Of a stretch of DNA of 64,000 nt, positions 19,664-29,333 are shown piece after piece (within the stretch, counting starts at the first letter, position 1; every line of letters starts with the position of its first letter). The DNA comes from a virus. Its lineage: Duplodnaviria > Caudoviricetes. The stretch is from the IMG/VR virus record IMGVR_UViG_3300014203_000001, positions 64,001 through 128,000 of that record. One strand, given 5' to 3'. The position numbers and the translations under genes were made by a program. Below the pieces are notes generated by a model. The model ran no database searches. It saw only the letters and a list, made by a program, of their open reading frames with translations, and was not told the DNA's origin.

Positions 19664-20695
19664 TTATACCCTCCATTTCAATTTATATTGTTTATACTTA
19701 CCAAGCCCAGCATTATCCAGAATAATATATGGAACTAATACATTCTCACCACTAATACAATTAGTAGCGATATCATATATAGGAACATCAGTTCCGCCAC
19801 TCTTAGATATACGTGCTAATTCATTAAAATCAGATATTGTATTGGGTATCATATCTTCTTGAAAAGTACACTTCCAATGCGTAGTAAACTTAAGATGCCC
19901 ATCAGACGATAAATCTGAAAAGACTTCTCTTGGGCAATTCAAAGGAAAACACCCGAAGAGCTGGGACCAATGAATAATAGTTTCTCCATCTTCTCCTACA
20001 ATAAACTTATATAAAGTCATCTGATCATGCAATACTTTATTCTGTCTATATAGATCATTAGGAGGAGATATCTTGCCCTCAAACTTTTTCTTATTGTACA
20101 TATCGAATGTCTTAAACCAAAGATAAACGTCTAAATACTTATTATCTTCAAACTCTATAGAAAAGTCTCCTTCTTCATCCGAATGGTCAGATGACTTTCT
20201 ATAAAATAATCTAGTACCATATAGATTAGCGGATGTTTCTACAGCTTCTACGTTTATAGCATTCAGGTCTAGATTAGAAGTTTTTTCGTTAGATAATATT
20301 CTAACAAATGGTGTAGATTTGTCTACACTATATTGCAGATCTCTGAGTACAGTAGTATTGTATCCTCTTCTAAGAAGATCTGCAAAATACGGCATATTTT
20401 CAATCTCTTTATTCAGAGTGCATATATCAGTACTATTAAATAGATGCAAATCTGGTTTGGTAAAGAATACATATTCTCTAGTAGTTCCTAGCATATTGTA
20501 AGGATCTATTCTCGGAAATCTATAAAATACGTTAAACTTATCTAACTCAGCTCTAGTATATATACCATTAGCTCGTATAAGTTTTTTATATTCATTACTA
20601 TCTTCTTTTGCCATTAAAGCAGTTCTAGCATCGTTCCAAGTGGCAGATGTTTTTAATTCATATTCAGCCAATATAACTCCCTCCTTGTCTTTCAT
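19664..20695 (-). CDS. putative tail/baseplate structural protein
   Basis: Tube-like beta fold (FSIEFED..LFGCFP..FTTHW); the real start may be TTG 20671 after GGAGGGAG. Confidence 0.55.
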   Translation of the reverse strand: MKDKEGVILAEYELKTSATWNDARTALMAKEDSNEYKKLIRANGIYTRAELDKFNVFYRFPRIDPYNMLGTTREYVFFTKPDLHLFNSTDICTLNKEIENMPYFADLLRRGYNTTVLRDLQYSVDKSTPFVRILSNEKTSNLDLNAINVEAVETSANLYGTRLFYRKSSDHSDEEGDFSIEFEDNKYLDVYLWFKTFDMYNKKKFEGKISPPNDLYRQNKVLHDQMTLYKFIVGEDGETIIHWSQLFGCFPLNCPREVFSDLSSDGHLKFTTHWKCTFQEDMIPNTISDFNELARISKSGGTDVPIYDIATNCISGENVLVPYIILDNAGLGKYKQYKLKWRV

Positions 20696-20696
20696 T

Positions 20697-20708
20697 TAAT
20701 CTGATGTT
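20697..20708 (-). promoter_or_regulatory. putative late promoter
   Basis: AACA-TCAGAT-TA. Confidence 0.5.
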
Positions 20709-20744
20709 CCCAATATGCTTTTGTAGGGTAAAATATATTATGCT

Positions 20745-20763
20745 TATATATTATATATGTGAA
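20745..20763 (+). promoter_or_regulatory. putative early promoter
   Basis: TATATATTAT-ATATG-TGAA. Confidence 0.7.
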
Positions 20764-20924
20764 AAGAAAAAGGAGGTGATAAAAACAAGCGAGCATTTGA
20801 AGAAATTTAAAAGCTATTGTGTATATCGCAATGCCATACAACAGGTAGATAGAATACTCCCCGACACTTTATAAGGATATACGTTACGGCGTAAACACTA
20901 AAAAATTATTGGGGGTATTTGAAT

Positions 20925-21185
20925 ATGATAACATGGGGTAATCCGAACATGCCAATTATTAGACAGAATCTTGCTAGACAGACTAGAGAGGATATGCTAC
21001 GCGAGTCTCAGATTGATCTGAACCGAAAGCTAAGCTCATCATTGCCTGCGACTCAAGTGAAGGATAATAGGACGGTAGTTCATAACCACTTTAATATCAT
21101 CATCAACGTTGCACCAAATACTAGTGAGGATAAGATAACGTCAATTGTGCAAAAGCTAACAACTATTGCAGAGAGAGTTAACTAA
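20925..21185 (+). CDS. small hypothetical early protein
   Basis: GGGGG RBS; followed by a G-U-containing hairpin and T tract at about 21201-21240. Confidence 0.6.
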   Translation: MITWGNPNMPIIRQNLARQTREDMLRESQIDLNRKLSSSLPATQVKDNRTVVHNHFNIIINVAPNTSEDKITSIVQKLTTIAERVN

Positions 21186-21278
21186 AACTACTATGTATTT
21201 GATTGTATGCATTGTAATGTATATAATCTTTTTTATTTTTTGGGACATAAGAGTAAAATATACATGGGAGGTAATGAT

Positions 21279-22538
21279 ATGACGAATAATCCTAGAACAA
21301 TTCATGAAACTGTCATTAGAGATATAGTTTCAGTTATAAGTGATATATCCTCAGAGGCTGAGCCACTGAAGGGTTTATTTGCAAACAACAGTTTTAGAAG
21401 TGTGGCTAAAGCATCTTCTAATTTAACCCTAGTATTTCCTTGTATTGCTACAGAAAATACTCAAATTGAATCTGCAAGAATGATTACCAAGTCGGTAGAA
21501 AGAAAAGCTGTAGCTATGCTACAGATGCTTTTGTCTGCAATATGCATCTCAGATAGCAAAAGTGCTATAGAGCACATTCAAAAGTTCCATAACAATATTG
21601 ATATGGGTGATGATCTAAATGTGGATGAGTTCATTGGTATTATGGATAAAATTGCTACTAGCGAATCATCTGGTATTGAAATTGCAGATAAGAGAATGTA
21701 TGATATGGTCATGGAGGATCTTAGAAATAATACCAGTTATTGCTTAGATGAGAACATGAATCCTAGAAGTATTAATTCTTATAGCGTAGACAGAAGTAGA
21801 GTAGATGGTATTTATATTGAAGCTGATATATATGACGCTGGCGACAAAGAGTTCAAGCAAATGACTGATATAGCCAAAAATCAAGTTATCGACACTGACG
21901 TTAAGAAAGCCAATGAATTGATTCCTTCTCTAATGGTAATCAAATTTATTAGTTCTACTGATGGTGGTTCTATTCCAACTAATGTAGTTATTGGAGTTAA
22001 GGCTAAGTTACAATATGTATCTTCTAGTGATATGATCAATCGTCTTGTTATAAAAAATAAAGATAAGAATGGTCTATTCAACTTTGTAAAAGCATTTACT
22101 AGAGAAACTTCTTTCTGGAAAGATTTTGTTTTTGCTGTAGATAGAGCCAAGATTGATGCTATCTCTACTTCTGGTAGAGGATCTTCATCTAAGATTTGGA
22201 AGTTATTAGAACGTAGAGCACTTAAGAGCAAAATCAAAAGAGGTATTGGTCTTAATAACGATGCTAGTGCTATTACTACCATCATCTTATCTAAAGAAGA
22301 AGCAGAAGTGTTAAAGAAAGACTATCAGATCGATGTTAGACGAGCATCTGTTGCTGCTCAATTAATGGGTGCATATAATTTAATGGGATTTGTAATTTGC
22401 GATCAGGTATTAGAGAAAGTGGACTTCTTATTCGATGATGGATCAAATGAATTTGAAACTGTTTCGTTTACTCATCTTGAAAGAGAAGATGGTGGAAATT
22501 ATAAAAAGGTTATTAACCTTTTAGCTAAATCTAGATAA
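21279..22538 (+). CDS. putative virion structural protein
   Basis: GGGAGG RBS before ATG 21279; GACA-N6-TA at 21244-21255; IHE|T, TSE|S and YIE|A motifs. Confidence 0.6.
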   Translation: MTNNPRTIHETVIRDIVSVISDISSEAEPLKGLFANNSFRSVAKASSNLTLVFPCIATENTQIESARMITKSVERKAVAMLQMLLSAICISDSKSAIEHIQKFHNNIDMGDDLNVDEFIGIMDKIATSESSGIEIADKRMYDMVMEDLRNNTSYCLDENMNPRSINSYSVDRSRVDGIYIEADIYDAGDKEFKQMTDIAKNQVIDTDVKKANELIPSLMVIKFISSTDGGSIPTNVVIGVKAKLQYVSSSDMINRLVIKNKDKNGLFNFVKAFTRETSFWKDFVFAVDRAKIDAISTSGRGSSSKIWKLLERRALKSKIKRGIGLNNDASAITTIILSKEEAEVLKKDYQIDVRRASVAAQLMGAYNLMGFVICDQVLEKVDFLFDDGSNEFETVSFTHLEREDGGNYKKVINLLAKSR

Positions 22539-22552
22539 AGGAGGATATTACA

Positions 22553-23560
22553 TTGAAAGAATATTTTAGAGCTGCTATAACAGAGCATATGGATATACAA
22601 GATGAAAAGACTAGAAATGTTATTCTTAGTCTTAATGAACAAGATCAAGATAGTGTATTATTATCTTTGACTGGCAAATTGTATCAGATGATTGTAGATA
22701 AAGTTGATGATATTGACTTTGGTGATATCCCTGATACTAAAGGAGATATCGAATCTCTTCCTGCTTATGACAAGATTGTATCTAGTATTGAAACCCTTAG
22801 AGCTATATTAGAACAATATAAACAACCAACAGAAAGTATTGATACTATCGACAATGCATTATCCAACTTGGTAAATCATAAAGATTTATTTAAGAGAGGG
22901 TATATGGCTAATATCGAACTTATTCAAGTTACTTATTGTGAAGTGGCATTAGCTATTGTTAATAGTATTTCATATATGATTGCTGCTACTATTGACTTTA
23001 TTAAGAATCCTAGCGATGAAGGTTTTCAACTTTCATTTACTAGAACAGGATTGGCTAGAACTAAAGATTCTCTAGTATATTCTAACTTAGTTAAGTTTAA
23101 TGAAGCATGTAGACACAACCAATTAGAGAATGCTTTTGATCCTCTAATCAAAGCTAGAGTTAAAAACTTTACTGGATTAGAAATTGGAGCTATTGCTGGT
23201 GGTATTGCTGTTGCGGGTATTCTGTTAAACATTTTACCTATTCTACGAGAGCTAACTTTCTTTTTTTATGCTACTCGTACTAGAATTAGCCAATACTTCG
23301 ATCTTCAAGCAGATTTGTTAGAGATGAATGCTACTGCTATTAAGAACAATGATATTAGAACAGTAGATGATAAAGGTAAAGTTGTTAAACGTCAAATGTC
23401 TATTGCATCTGGGTTCCGTACATTATCTAATAAGATTTGTATTACTCATGTTGCGGCTGAGAAGGATACTCCTAAAGCTATTAAAGCGGAGAATAAAAAA
23501 ATGAAAATCGATGATGTTGTTGATACTATGCCAGATTCAGCAGCTCAATCATTGTTTTAG
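22553..23560 (+). CDS. putative virion structural protein
   Basis: TTG start with GAGG RBS; ITE|H and LNE|Q motifs; one hydrophobic segment. Confidence 0.55.
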   Translation: MKEYFRAAITEHMDIQDEKTRNVILSLNEQDQDSVLLSLTGKLYQMIVDKVDDIDFGDIPDTKGDIESLPAYDKIVSSIETLRAILEQYKQPTESIDTIDNALSNLVNHKDLFKRGYMANIELIQVTYCEVALAIVNSISYMIAATIDFIKNPSDEGFQLSFTRTGLARTKDSLVYSNLVKFNEACRHNQLENAFDPLIKARVKNFTGLEIGAIAGGIAVAGILLNILPILRELTFFFYATRTRISQYFDLQADLLEMNATAIKNNDIRTVDDKGKVVKRQMSIASGFRTLSNKICITHVAAEKDTPKAIKAENKKMKIDDVVDTMPDSAAQSLF

Positions 23561-23573
23561 GAGGTGTGATAAA

Positions 23574-24527
23574 ATGGGTATGGATAAAGTTTTAACTTCA
23601 GGTGAGTTTGCTAAGATAACTCTAGAGCAATACGACCAAGGTCTTGTTAATCAAAAGAGTTATCAAGAGCATGTTCAATATGAAGAAGGTAAGAAATTTA
23701 ACGAAGATATGATTACTCTTCAAGAAGGATTAAATAATGTAAGAACTAGACAACAAAAGTTATCTAGCTTCTCAGAACAATTAAAAGAAAATCTTTTACA
23801 AGAATGCTTATGCAGTATCTTCGATGAGGTTATGAAAGCAGAAAGAGCAACTCAACATGAAATGGCTATCGGTCATTCTATGATATCTAAACTTATCAAA
23901 GAAGAAGGTGTAAATAATCTTCTAACTAGATTTGAATATAAGAATATCATTCTATCTGAGTTTGCTAGATGCACTGAAAAGTATCATGCTTTAGTAATGG
24001 AAACAGTTGGGCAAAAAGCATCCGCCGAACCAGATGATGATAGCTGTTATGTATTCGATAAAGAAATTGCAATGAAGTTTATGGATGATGTTAAAGACAT
24101 TACTCCTCAACGTACCATAGATCTTATCCGTGATAGGGTTGGAGACGCTATGCAAACTTTTGTTGATCAGAATACAGAGAACAAATTAGCGATTAAAGAT
24201 ATTTATACTAAAGCCAAAGTATCTACAGAAAAGGCAGAATCTGATACTGTTAAAGAAGAGTATGCTGCTAGGGCTAGATATCTAACCGAACAGGTTTATT
24301 CTAAACCTACTAATGTATTCGGAGCTATGGTAAATATTATTGGCGAATCTGTTGTGCAGAATAAAGATTTACAGCAGCATTACATGGAAGGCACTACACT
24401 TAAAATGAATGCTTTAGCTGACGATGTAAGAGTAATGTATACAGTACTTGAAATGGCTAATACTATCAATGCTATTTCAGTAAATGAAAATTACATCAAA
24501 CAAATCATTCTAGACTTAAAATCATAA
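23574..24527 (+). CDS. putative virion structural protein
   Basis: AGGAGGTG RBS before ATG 23574; helical; LQE|G and VME|T motifs. Confidence 0.55.
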   Translation: MGMDKVLTSGEFAKITLEQYDQGLVNQKSYQEHVQYEEGKKFNEDMITLQEGLNNVRTRQQKLSSFSEQLKENLLQECLCSIFDEVMKAERATQHEMAIGHSMISKLIKEEGVNNLLTRFEYKNIILSEFARCTEKYHALVMETVGQKASAEPDDDSCYVFDKEIAMKFMDDVKDITPQRTIDLIRDRVGDAMQTFVDQNTENKLAIKDIYTKAKVSTEKAESDTVKEEYAARARYLTEQVYSKPTNVFGAMVNIIGESVVQNKDLQQHYMEGTTLKMNALADDVRVMYTVLEMANTINAISVNENYIKQIILDLKS

Positions 24528-24534
24528 AAAATAA

Positions 24535-24560
24535 ACCCGTACTACAATTGTAGTACGGGT
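24535..24560. terminator. 26-bp perfect palindrome between convergent genes
   Basis: acccgtactacaattgtagtacgggt. Confidence 0.75.
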
Positions 24561-24565
24561 ATTTA

Positions 24566-25153
24566 TTATTGAGCGACTGTAATTATATATCCATTTTTAT
24601 CTTCATTAATAATATACATGATATTTCGCATATATGTTTTATCAAATTTAATACAGCTTCCGATATTTATTTTACAATAATCCAGATCTAAAGATGTACA
24701 TGCATTCTTGCTATATACTATATCAATATGATCGTTTTTATTAGATATGTGACCATATAGATATTTACTTGTCTCTTGACATCTATCAAATATTACAGTA
24801 GCGTTAACTATATTAATACCATATATGGGGTGATGTTCAAACGTTATTTTGTTATGAAAGAAATCTTTTATTTTATCAACGCATTCATCTATATTTTTTT
24901 CTGAAACTTTTATAAAACCATTATCTGGTACGTCATTCTCTCCTTTAATATATCTAAAATATTTTTCTACCTCTTCTGCATCGACTTCTATTGGATATGT
25001 GCCAGTATCACATATTGTAGAACCAGTTGGTAATTCTATAGTATTCTCAGCATCATCAGTATCGTAATCTACTATGATTACCTCTACATCCTCAGTATCA
25101 GAAACTATGTTTTGAATAATTCCACCTTCGACTACTACTAAAAGTTTTGCCAT
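24566..25153 (-). CDS. hypothetical early protein (two-module)
   Basis: N-term VVVEGGIIQNIVSD..VDYD module; C-term resembles the 52569/53210 family. Confidence 0.75.
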   Translation of the reverse strand: MAKLLVVVEGGIIQNIVSDTEDVEVIIVDYDTDDAENTIELPTGSTICDTGTYPIEVDAEEVEKYFRYIKGENDVPDNGFIKVSEKNIDECVDKIKDFFHNKITFEHHPIYGINIVNATVIFDRCQETSKYLYGHISNKNDHIDIVYSKNACTSLDLDYCKINIGSCIKFDKTYMRNIMYIINEDKNGYIITVAQ

Positions 25154-25167
25154 TTTCTATCACTCCT

Positions 25168-25523
25168 TTAGTTAAGTACTTTTGGAACCCAATCTTTAAC
25201 TGTAGTTTCTACACTAATATCATCGAAAGAGATTCCGCTAGCATCGCAAGCATTTTCAATACTTTTAGCTATCATACCACTTGTCATAAGTTTTATGAAA
25301 GCTTCTTTATTTGCATTTTCAGATAGATCTACAATTATATTTAGAGTAATTGCTTTTATGTCTCTGGATTCGTCATCTTTATCGACATTTACCAATACAT
25401 TAGATATCTGATAATCTGGAGCCTCACCAAGGCACCCAAAAAGTTAGGAATACGTATCACACTTAAACTAACCGATTCTGAATTTGATTTTACTATAGTT
25501 TGTACACATAAAACGTCAACCAT
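25168..25523 (-). pseudogene. frameshifted early gene (44-aa 5' ORF plus -1-frame 3' ORF)
   Basis: AGGAG RBS and ATG 25523; the frames join at a T5 run (plus-strand A5, 25438-25442). Confidence 0.55.
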
Positions 25524-25565
25524 CTTTACATCACTCCTAAAAGTTTGATGCAATATTTATTATTG

Positions 25566-25584
25566 CTCATCTATATAATATATA
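25566..25584 (-). promoter_or_regulatory. putative early promoter
   Basis: TATATATTAT-ATAGA-TGAG. Confidence 0.7.
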
Positions 25585-25590
25585 ACCATA

Positions 25591-25629
25591 ATAATATAAG
25601 GATACACAATTTGTGTATCCTTATATTAT
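25591..25629. terminator. 39-bp near-perfect palindrome
   Basis: ataatataaggatacacaa-t-ttgtgtatccttatattat. Confidence 0.7.
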
Positions 25630-25630
25630 C

Positions 25631-26188
25631 TCATTTAAGTGTATATTTATCACCATTACCTAATGTAGCAGTTATCTCAGTACTATCCTCAATAAGATCA
25701 TATAGATCAGCTTTATCAAATAATTTATTCTTTAGTTCTAAAGAATAATGGTTACTTTTGAATTCGCTATATAGTTTTACCAAAAGATTCAATTCAATTC
25801 CACCATTAGTATTATTAGTCCATACAGCTCGGTTATTCTTATCTACGCTAATAACATTTGCCCATTTAACAAATTTATCACCATAAGGTGTGCTAACATT
25901 TACACCTTTTATATTTACTAGTTTAACATATCCAGTTAACTCAGGATTAGATTCATTTTTATATACAACTAAATCTCCAATATTGGTAGTAAATCTGTAA
26001 TCGATCTTAAATTGTTTCTCTTCATATTCTCCCATTTTTGTTACTACCTCTTGTGCATTAACATCCTCGCAATCTACCCTTTCTTTTTCCATATCAGAAA
26101 CCATTTTATTGAACCATTTGTCCATCCCTTCGAAATCTTTACCACATTCTCTCATTTTAGATATTGTATCTTGTAGTGGCTCACTCAT
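25631..26188 (-). CDS. hypothetical protein
   Basis: 185-aa ORF, AGGAGG RBS. Confidence 0.8.
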   Translation of the reverse strand: MSEPLQDTISKMRECGKDFEGMDKWFNKMVSDMEKERVDCEDVNAQEVVTKMGEYEEKQFKIDYRFTTNIGDLVVYKNESNPELTGYVKLVNIKGVNVSTPYGDKFVKWANVISVDKNNRAVWTNNTNGGIELNLLVKLYSEFKSNHYSLELKNKLFDKADLYDLIEDSTEITATLGNGDKYTLK

Positions 26189-26201
26189 ATTAATATTCCT
26201 C

Positions 26202-26609
26202 CTATAAGTTTATAAGAATAGTATTTTCTCCAATACGTCCGATATAATAGAATAGGTTAGCTGGTAGGCTAAAGAATTTAATTACATCTTCTACATGCAT
26301 AAGTGAGTAGATAGATGTCTTATACTGGTTATAAAATTTCTTCATAATAGCATCGATAATGCTATAGAAAGTCATAGAGTTGTAAGCATTACCATCAATC
26401 TTTTTCATGAATGCTTTACGGAATTGGATTTGAATGGTTTTGTTTGTATAGTCAATATTATAACTAGAGATGTAATTAGAAACATCTCCTTTTTCAGTTT
26501 TAATGATATCTAATAATGTATCTAGTTTATCAGGAGAGTAGAATTCGTTTTTACATAGTTTATGTCTTACATCTCCTGCGAAAATAATAAGTTCTTCTTG
26601 TGATTTCAT
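26202..26609 (-). CDS. hypothetical protein
   Basis: 135-aa ORF, AGGAG RBS. Confidence 0.8.
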   Translation of the reverse strand: MKSQEELIIFAGDVRHKLCKNEFYSPDKLDTLLDIIKTEKGDVSNYISSYNIDYTNKTIQIQFRKAFMKKIDGNAYNSMTFYSIIDAIMKKFYNQYKTSIYSLMHVEDVIKFFSLPANLFYYIGRIGENTILINL

Positions 26610-26624
26610 GATATATTTCTCCTT

Positions 26625-27320
26625 CTATTTAAAGTATTTAATTTCTCCATCATATCTTTTTGACATTGCTTTGTATTGGTGCTTGTTGTATAACATGTTT
26701 AGATATCTTAATCGTATCTCTACTCTTGGAAGAACAGAATAATATTTCTGTACTCTTCCATCTATAACTAACGAATCGTCTAACCATATATTGCTATTAG
26801 ACATATCGCTATATTTCTTTCCTATATTATCCCAGTCAGGTTTGTTTATATGCCGATCTGCTCCTATCTCTGCTAGATAAGTTTCTACTGCATTGTAATA
26901 ACTGGGAGTTTGAAAATATGTAGTATATACTACATCACATGGAGTATGTATTATAGATTCTAAATTAGAAAAGTCTTGTTCAGTGACAAATCTTTCCATG
27001 AATTTATTATCTTCAGCTCCTGTGATAGAATAGACATGAACAAAACTAGGATTAGCCATTGCCATGTTAGATAAGTTCTTTCTATTTATCAATCTAAATC
27101 TAGGTCGAGGTGATCCCTCTGGTACTTCATATAGAACTATAAATATCTCGGTATAATACATTTCTTCTTGCATTCTACGATACATATCTACTATTTGATC
27201 TGCTTTCTTATCGGTTATCTTCAGCTTATCATATAACCAGTTTAATCTTTCTAGATATTCCCTAGGAATTTCATTGTACTTGTTCTCGTATATTAGTTCT
27301 TTTTCATTTCTTTTCTTCAT
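26625..27320 (-). CDS. rusA: RusA-family Holliday junction resolvase
   Basis: RPRF..KPDWDNIGK..D..IWLDDSLV..KYY..PRVEI. Confidence 0.85.
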   Translation of the reverse strand: MKKRNEKELIYENKYNEIPREYLERLNWLYDKLKITDKKADQIVDMYRRMQEEMYYTEIFIVLYEVPEGSPRPRFRLINRKNLSNMAMANPSFVHVYSITGAEDNKFMERFVTEQDFSNLESIIHTPCDVVYTTYFQTPSYYNAVETYLAEIGADRHINKPDWDNIGKKYSDMSNSNIWLDDSLVIDGRVQKYYSVLPRVEIRLRYLNMLYNKHQYKAMSKRYDGEIKYFK

Positions 27321-27337
27321 TTATTCACCGCCAAATT

Positions 27338-27372
27338 ATAAAGCTAAAGCCACGTATGGGCTTTAGCTTTAT
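27338..27372. terminator. stem-loop
   Basis: ataaagctaaagcc-acgtatg-ggctttagctttat. Confidence 0.7.
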
Positions 27373-27395
27373 GTCTCTATGTATATAATTTCCTA

Positions 27396-29264
27396 TTATT
27401 TTCTAAACAGATTCATCATTTTATTAGTAGCCCACTGGTCCATGCCACCTGCCAAATCTGTATATACTTTATCAGTAAATTTGTTTCTAAAATACTGAGA
27501 ATAGTAGAACATAGCAGTTCTCTGTAGATCAGGTTCGTTGATATTGACACCGCATAGGTTGCCTATATAGTCCATCAAAGTTATATTGCTTAGTACGCCA
27601 TTGGATATATTTTTATTTGTCGTGATAGCCATTGTTCCGTATAGTTCTTTAATGGTGAAATTTACATCTACTATTGTTGGCAATCCACTAGCCGTCCAGC
27701 TACCTTCTTGCCCTTTGGTAATAGACATACTTGATATAATTCCCATATCACAATTAAATAGACCTTTATATGATCCTCTAACTAAGAATGGGGAAACATA
27801 TCCATTTGGTCCTACCGATCTAGGGCATACAAATCCTACTAGATGTAATATAGGAACTATTATATTTAAATATATACTATAGTCATCGCAATCTGGAGAG
27901 ATAAGTTTTAGATGGACACTATAATCTCTTGAGAATTGCGAATCGTTCCATATCTCTGGAAATATTAATTTACCACCAGCTATTACTGTGTTTACTCCAC
28001 TCATTATACCACCAATAAGATTACTAACAGATCCACCACTAGCTCCCAATATCTTACCAGTCATAGAATCTTTATTCTCTTGGCTTCTGCCTAATGCTTT
28101 TTCTTGACCAAATGCATCAAATTGTTGACCAGCCATTGCTGAAGAAGTACCCATTAAGAAATTTATTTCTCTACCCATTTCGGATATACCATTTACTTTT
28201 CCTGCTATTGCAGATTGACCTGTGCTATTAGAGAAAGAATCTCCTATTTGAGTATCTGAATTTATATAGAATGCCATACCGCCTTTGTAATTTAAAATTC
28301 TATGTATTTCTTCGTTATTATTATCTTGCCACGAATAGTTATTTAATTCTTTATCAAAATATTTCCTATCACCTATACCCATAATTTGTGCAGCTGCTCT
28401 ACACATTGGATTTACATGGTTAAAATATTCAGTCCAATTTAACTTTAACCCATAGTATTTTCCTTTACCATTTAATAATTCATCTAGTTCAGACTTGGTT
28501 CCAGTAGCAGATCCAAATAAGTCTATCATATAATTTACTAGCTTTTCCTTTGAATCTTTATCATACCCAGCTAGAAATTCTGGAGTCCCTGGAGTCAGTA
28601 TAAGGAGAGGAATTCTGGCGACTATTTTCTCTGCATATTTTCTGCCAAAAGATGAATATTCATCCCCATCATCTATTCTTCTATCTGCTATTGACATATA
28701 CTGATACGGCATACCAAATATACCCTTAAGTGATTTTACTCTAAGTCCATTCAATTCAGCTGATATTGTTTGTGTATTTGTATTAACAATGCTAGATGTA
28801 GAAGTATTAGAAGTTATCCAAGTTTTATCCTTTTCAGTTGCTGCAGCAGTAGCACTTTCAGATACATCAGAACTAGCTGTAGAATATGCTATAATAGAAG
28901 ACAGTGTAACCCAATATGTTTTTTCTCCACTCTTTATCTGAATCTTCTCAGCTGATTCGACAACAGTCACTATGAATATAGCATCTGTTTCAGCTATAGC
29001 ATCACCATTAATAGTTACTGGATTGGTTAGTTTCACAGTCGTTCCAACTTCTATTTTAGTATCATTATTTCCTATTTTAACTGCTATTAGAGTAGAACTA
29101 TTTGCATATCCATAAGCCCATCCGTTTTGTGTATGATACCAGCCATTTGTTATTTCGCTAACTAGAGTATTAGCATTAGCTGCTAACTCACCCATAATTT
29201 GAGAATCCATTGTGCAATCTGATCTTAACGAAACATCTTTGGTAAATTTATATACATCATTCAT
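27396..29264 (-). CDS. putative baseplate/tail structural protein with N-terminal SH3-like region
   Basis: Directly downstream of the giant tail gene; C-term FPEIWND..GIISSMSITKG..PTIVDVNFTIKEL is tube/baseplate-like. Confidence 0.55.
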   Translation of the reverse strand: MNDVYKFTKDVSLRSDCTMDSQIMGELAANANTLVSEITNGWYHTQNGWAYGYANSSTLIAVKIGNNDTKIEVGTTVKLTNPVTINGDAIAETDAIFIVTVVESAEKIQIKSGEKTYWVTLSSIIAYSTASSDVSESATAAATEKDKTWITSNTSTSSIVNTNTQTISAELNGLRVKSLKGIFGMPYQYMSIADRRIDDGDEYSSFGRKYAEKIVARIPLLILTPGTPEFLAGYDKDSKEKLVNYMIDLFGSATGTKSELDELLNGKGKYYGLKLNWTEYFNHVNPMCRAAAQIMGIGDRKYFDKELNNYSWQDNNNEEIHRILNYKGGMAFYINSDTQIGDSFSNSTGQSAIAGKVNGISEMGREINFLMGTSSAMAGQQFDAFGQEKALGRSQENKDSMTGKILGASGGSVSNLIGGIMSGVNTVIAGGKLIFPEIWNDSQFSRDYSVHLKLISPDCDDYSIYLNIIVPILHLVGFVCPRSVGPNGYVSPFLVRGSYKGLFNCDMGIISSMSITKGQEGSWTASGLPTIVDVNFTIKELYGTMAITTNKNISNGVLSNITLMDYIGNLCGVNINEPDLQRTAMFYYSQYFRNKFTDKVYTDLAGGMDQWATNKMMNLFRK

Positions 29265-29291
29265 TTAGTTCACCTCTTACTTATGTAATTT

Positions 29292-29303
29292 TAATATAGT
29301 GTT
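29292..29303 (-). promoter_or_regulatory. putative late promoter
   Basis: AACA-CTATAT-TA immediately after the hairpin at 29304-29327. Confidence 0.5.
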
Positions 29304-29333
29304 AGGAAGGTCAATTAAGACCTTCCTTGTATA

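Noticed and set aside
20776-20874. 32-codon GTG ORF after the early promoter
   Set aside because: The start codon overlaps the RBS itself and there is no other support; kept only as part of the leader observation.
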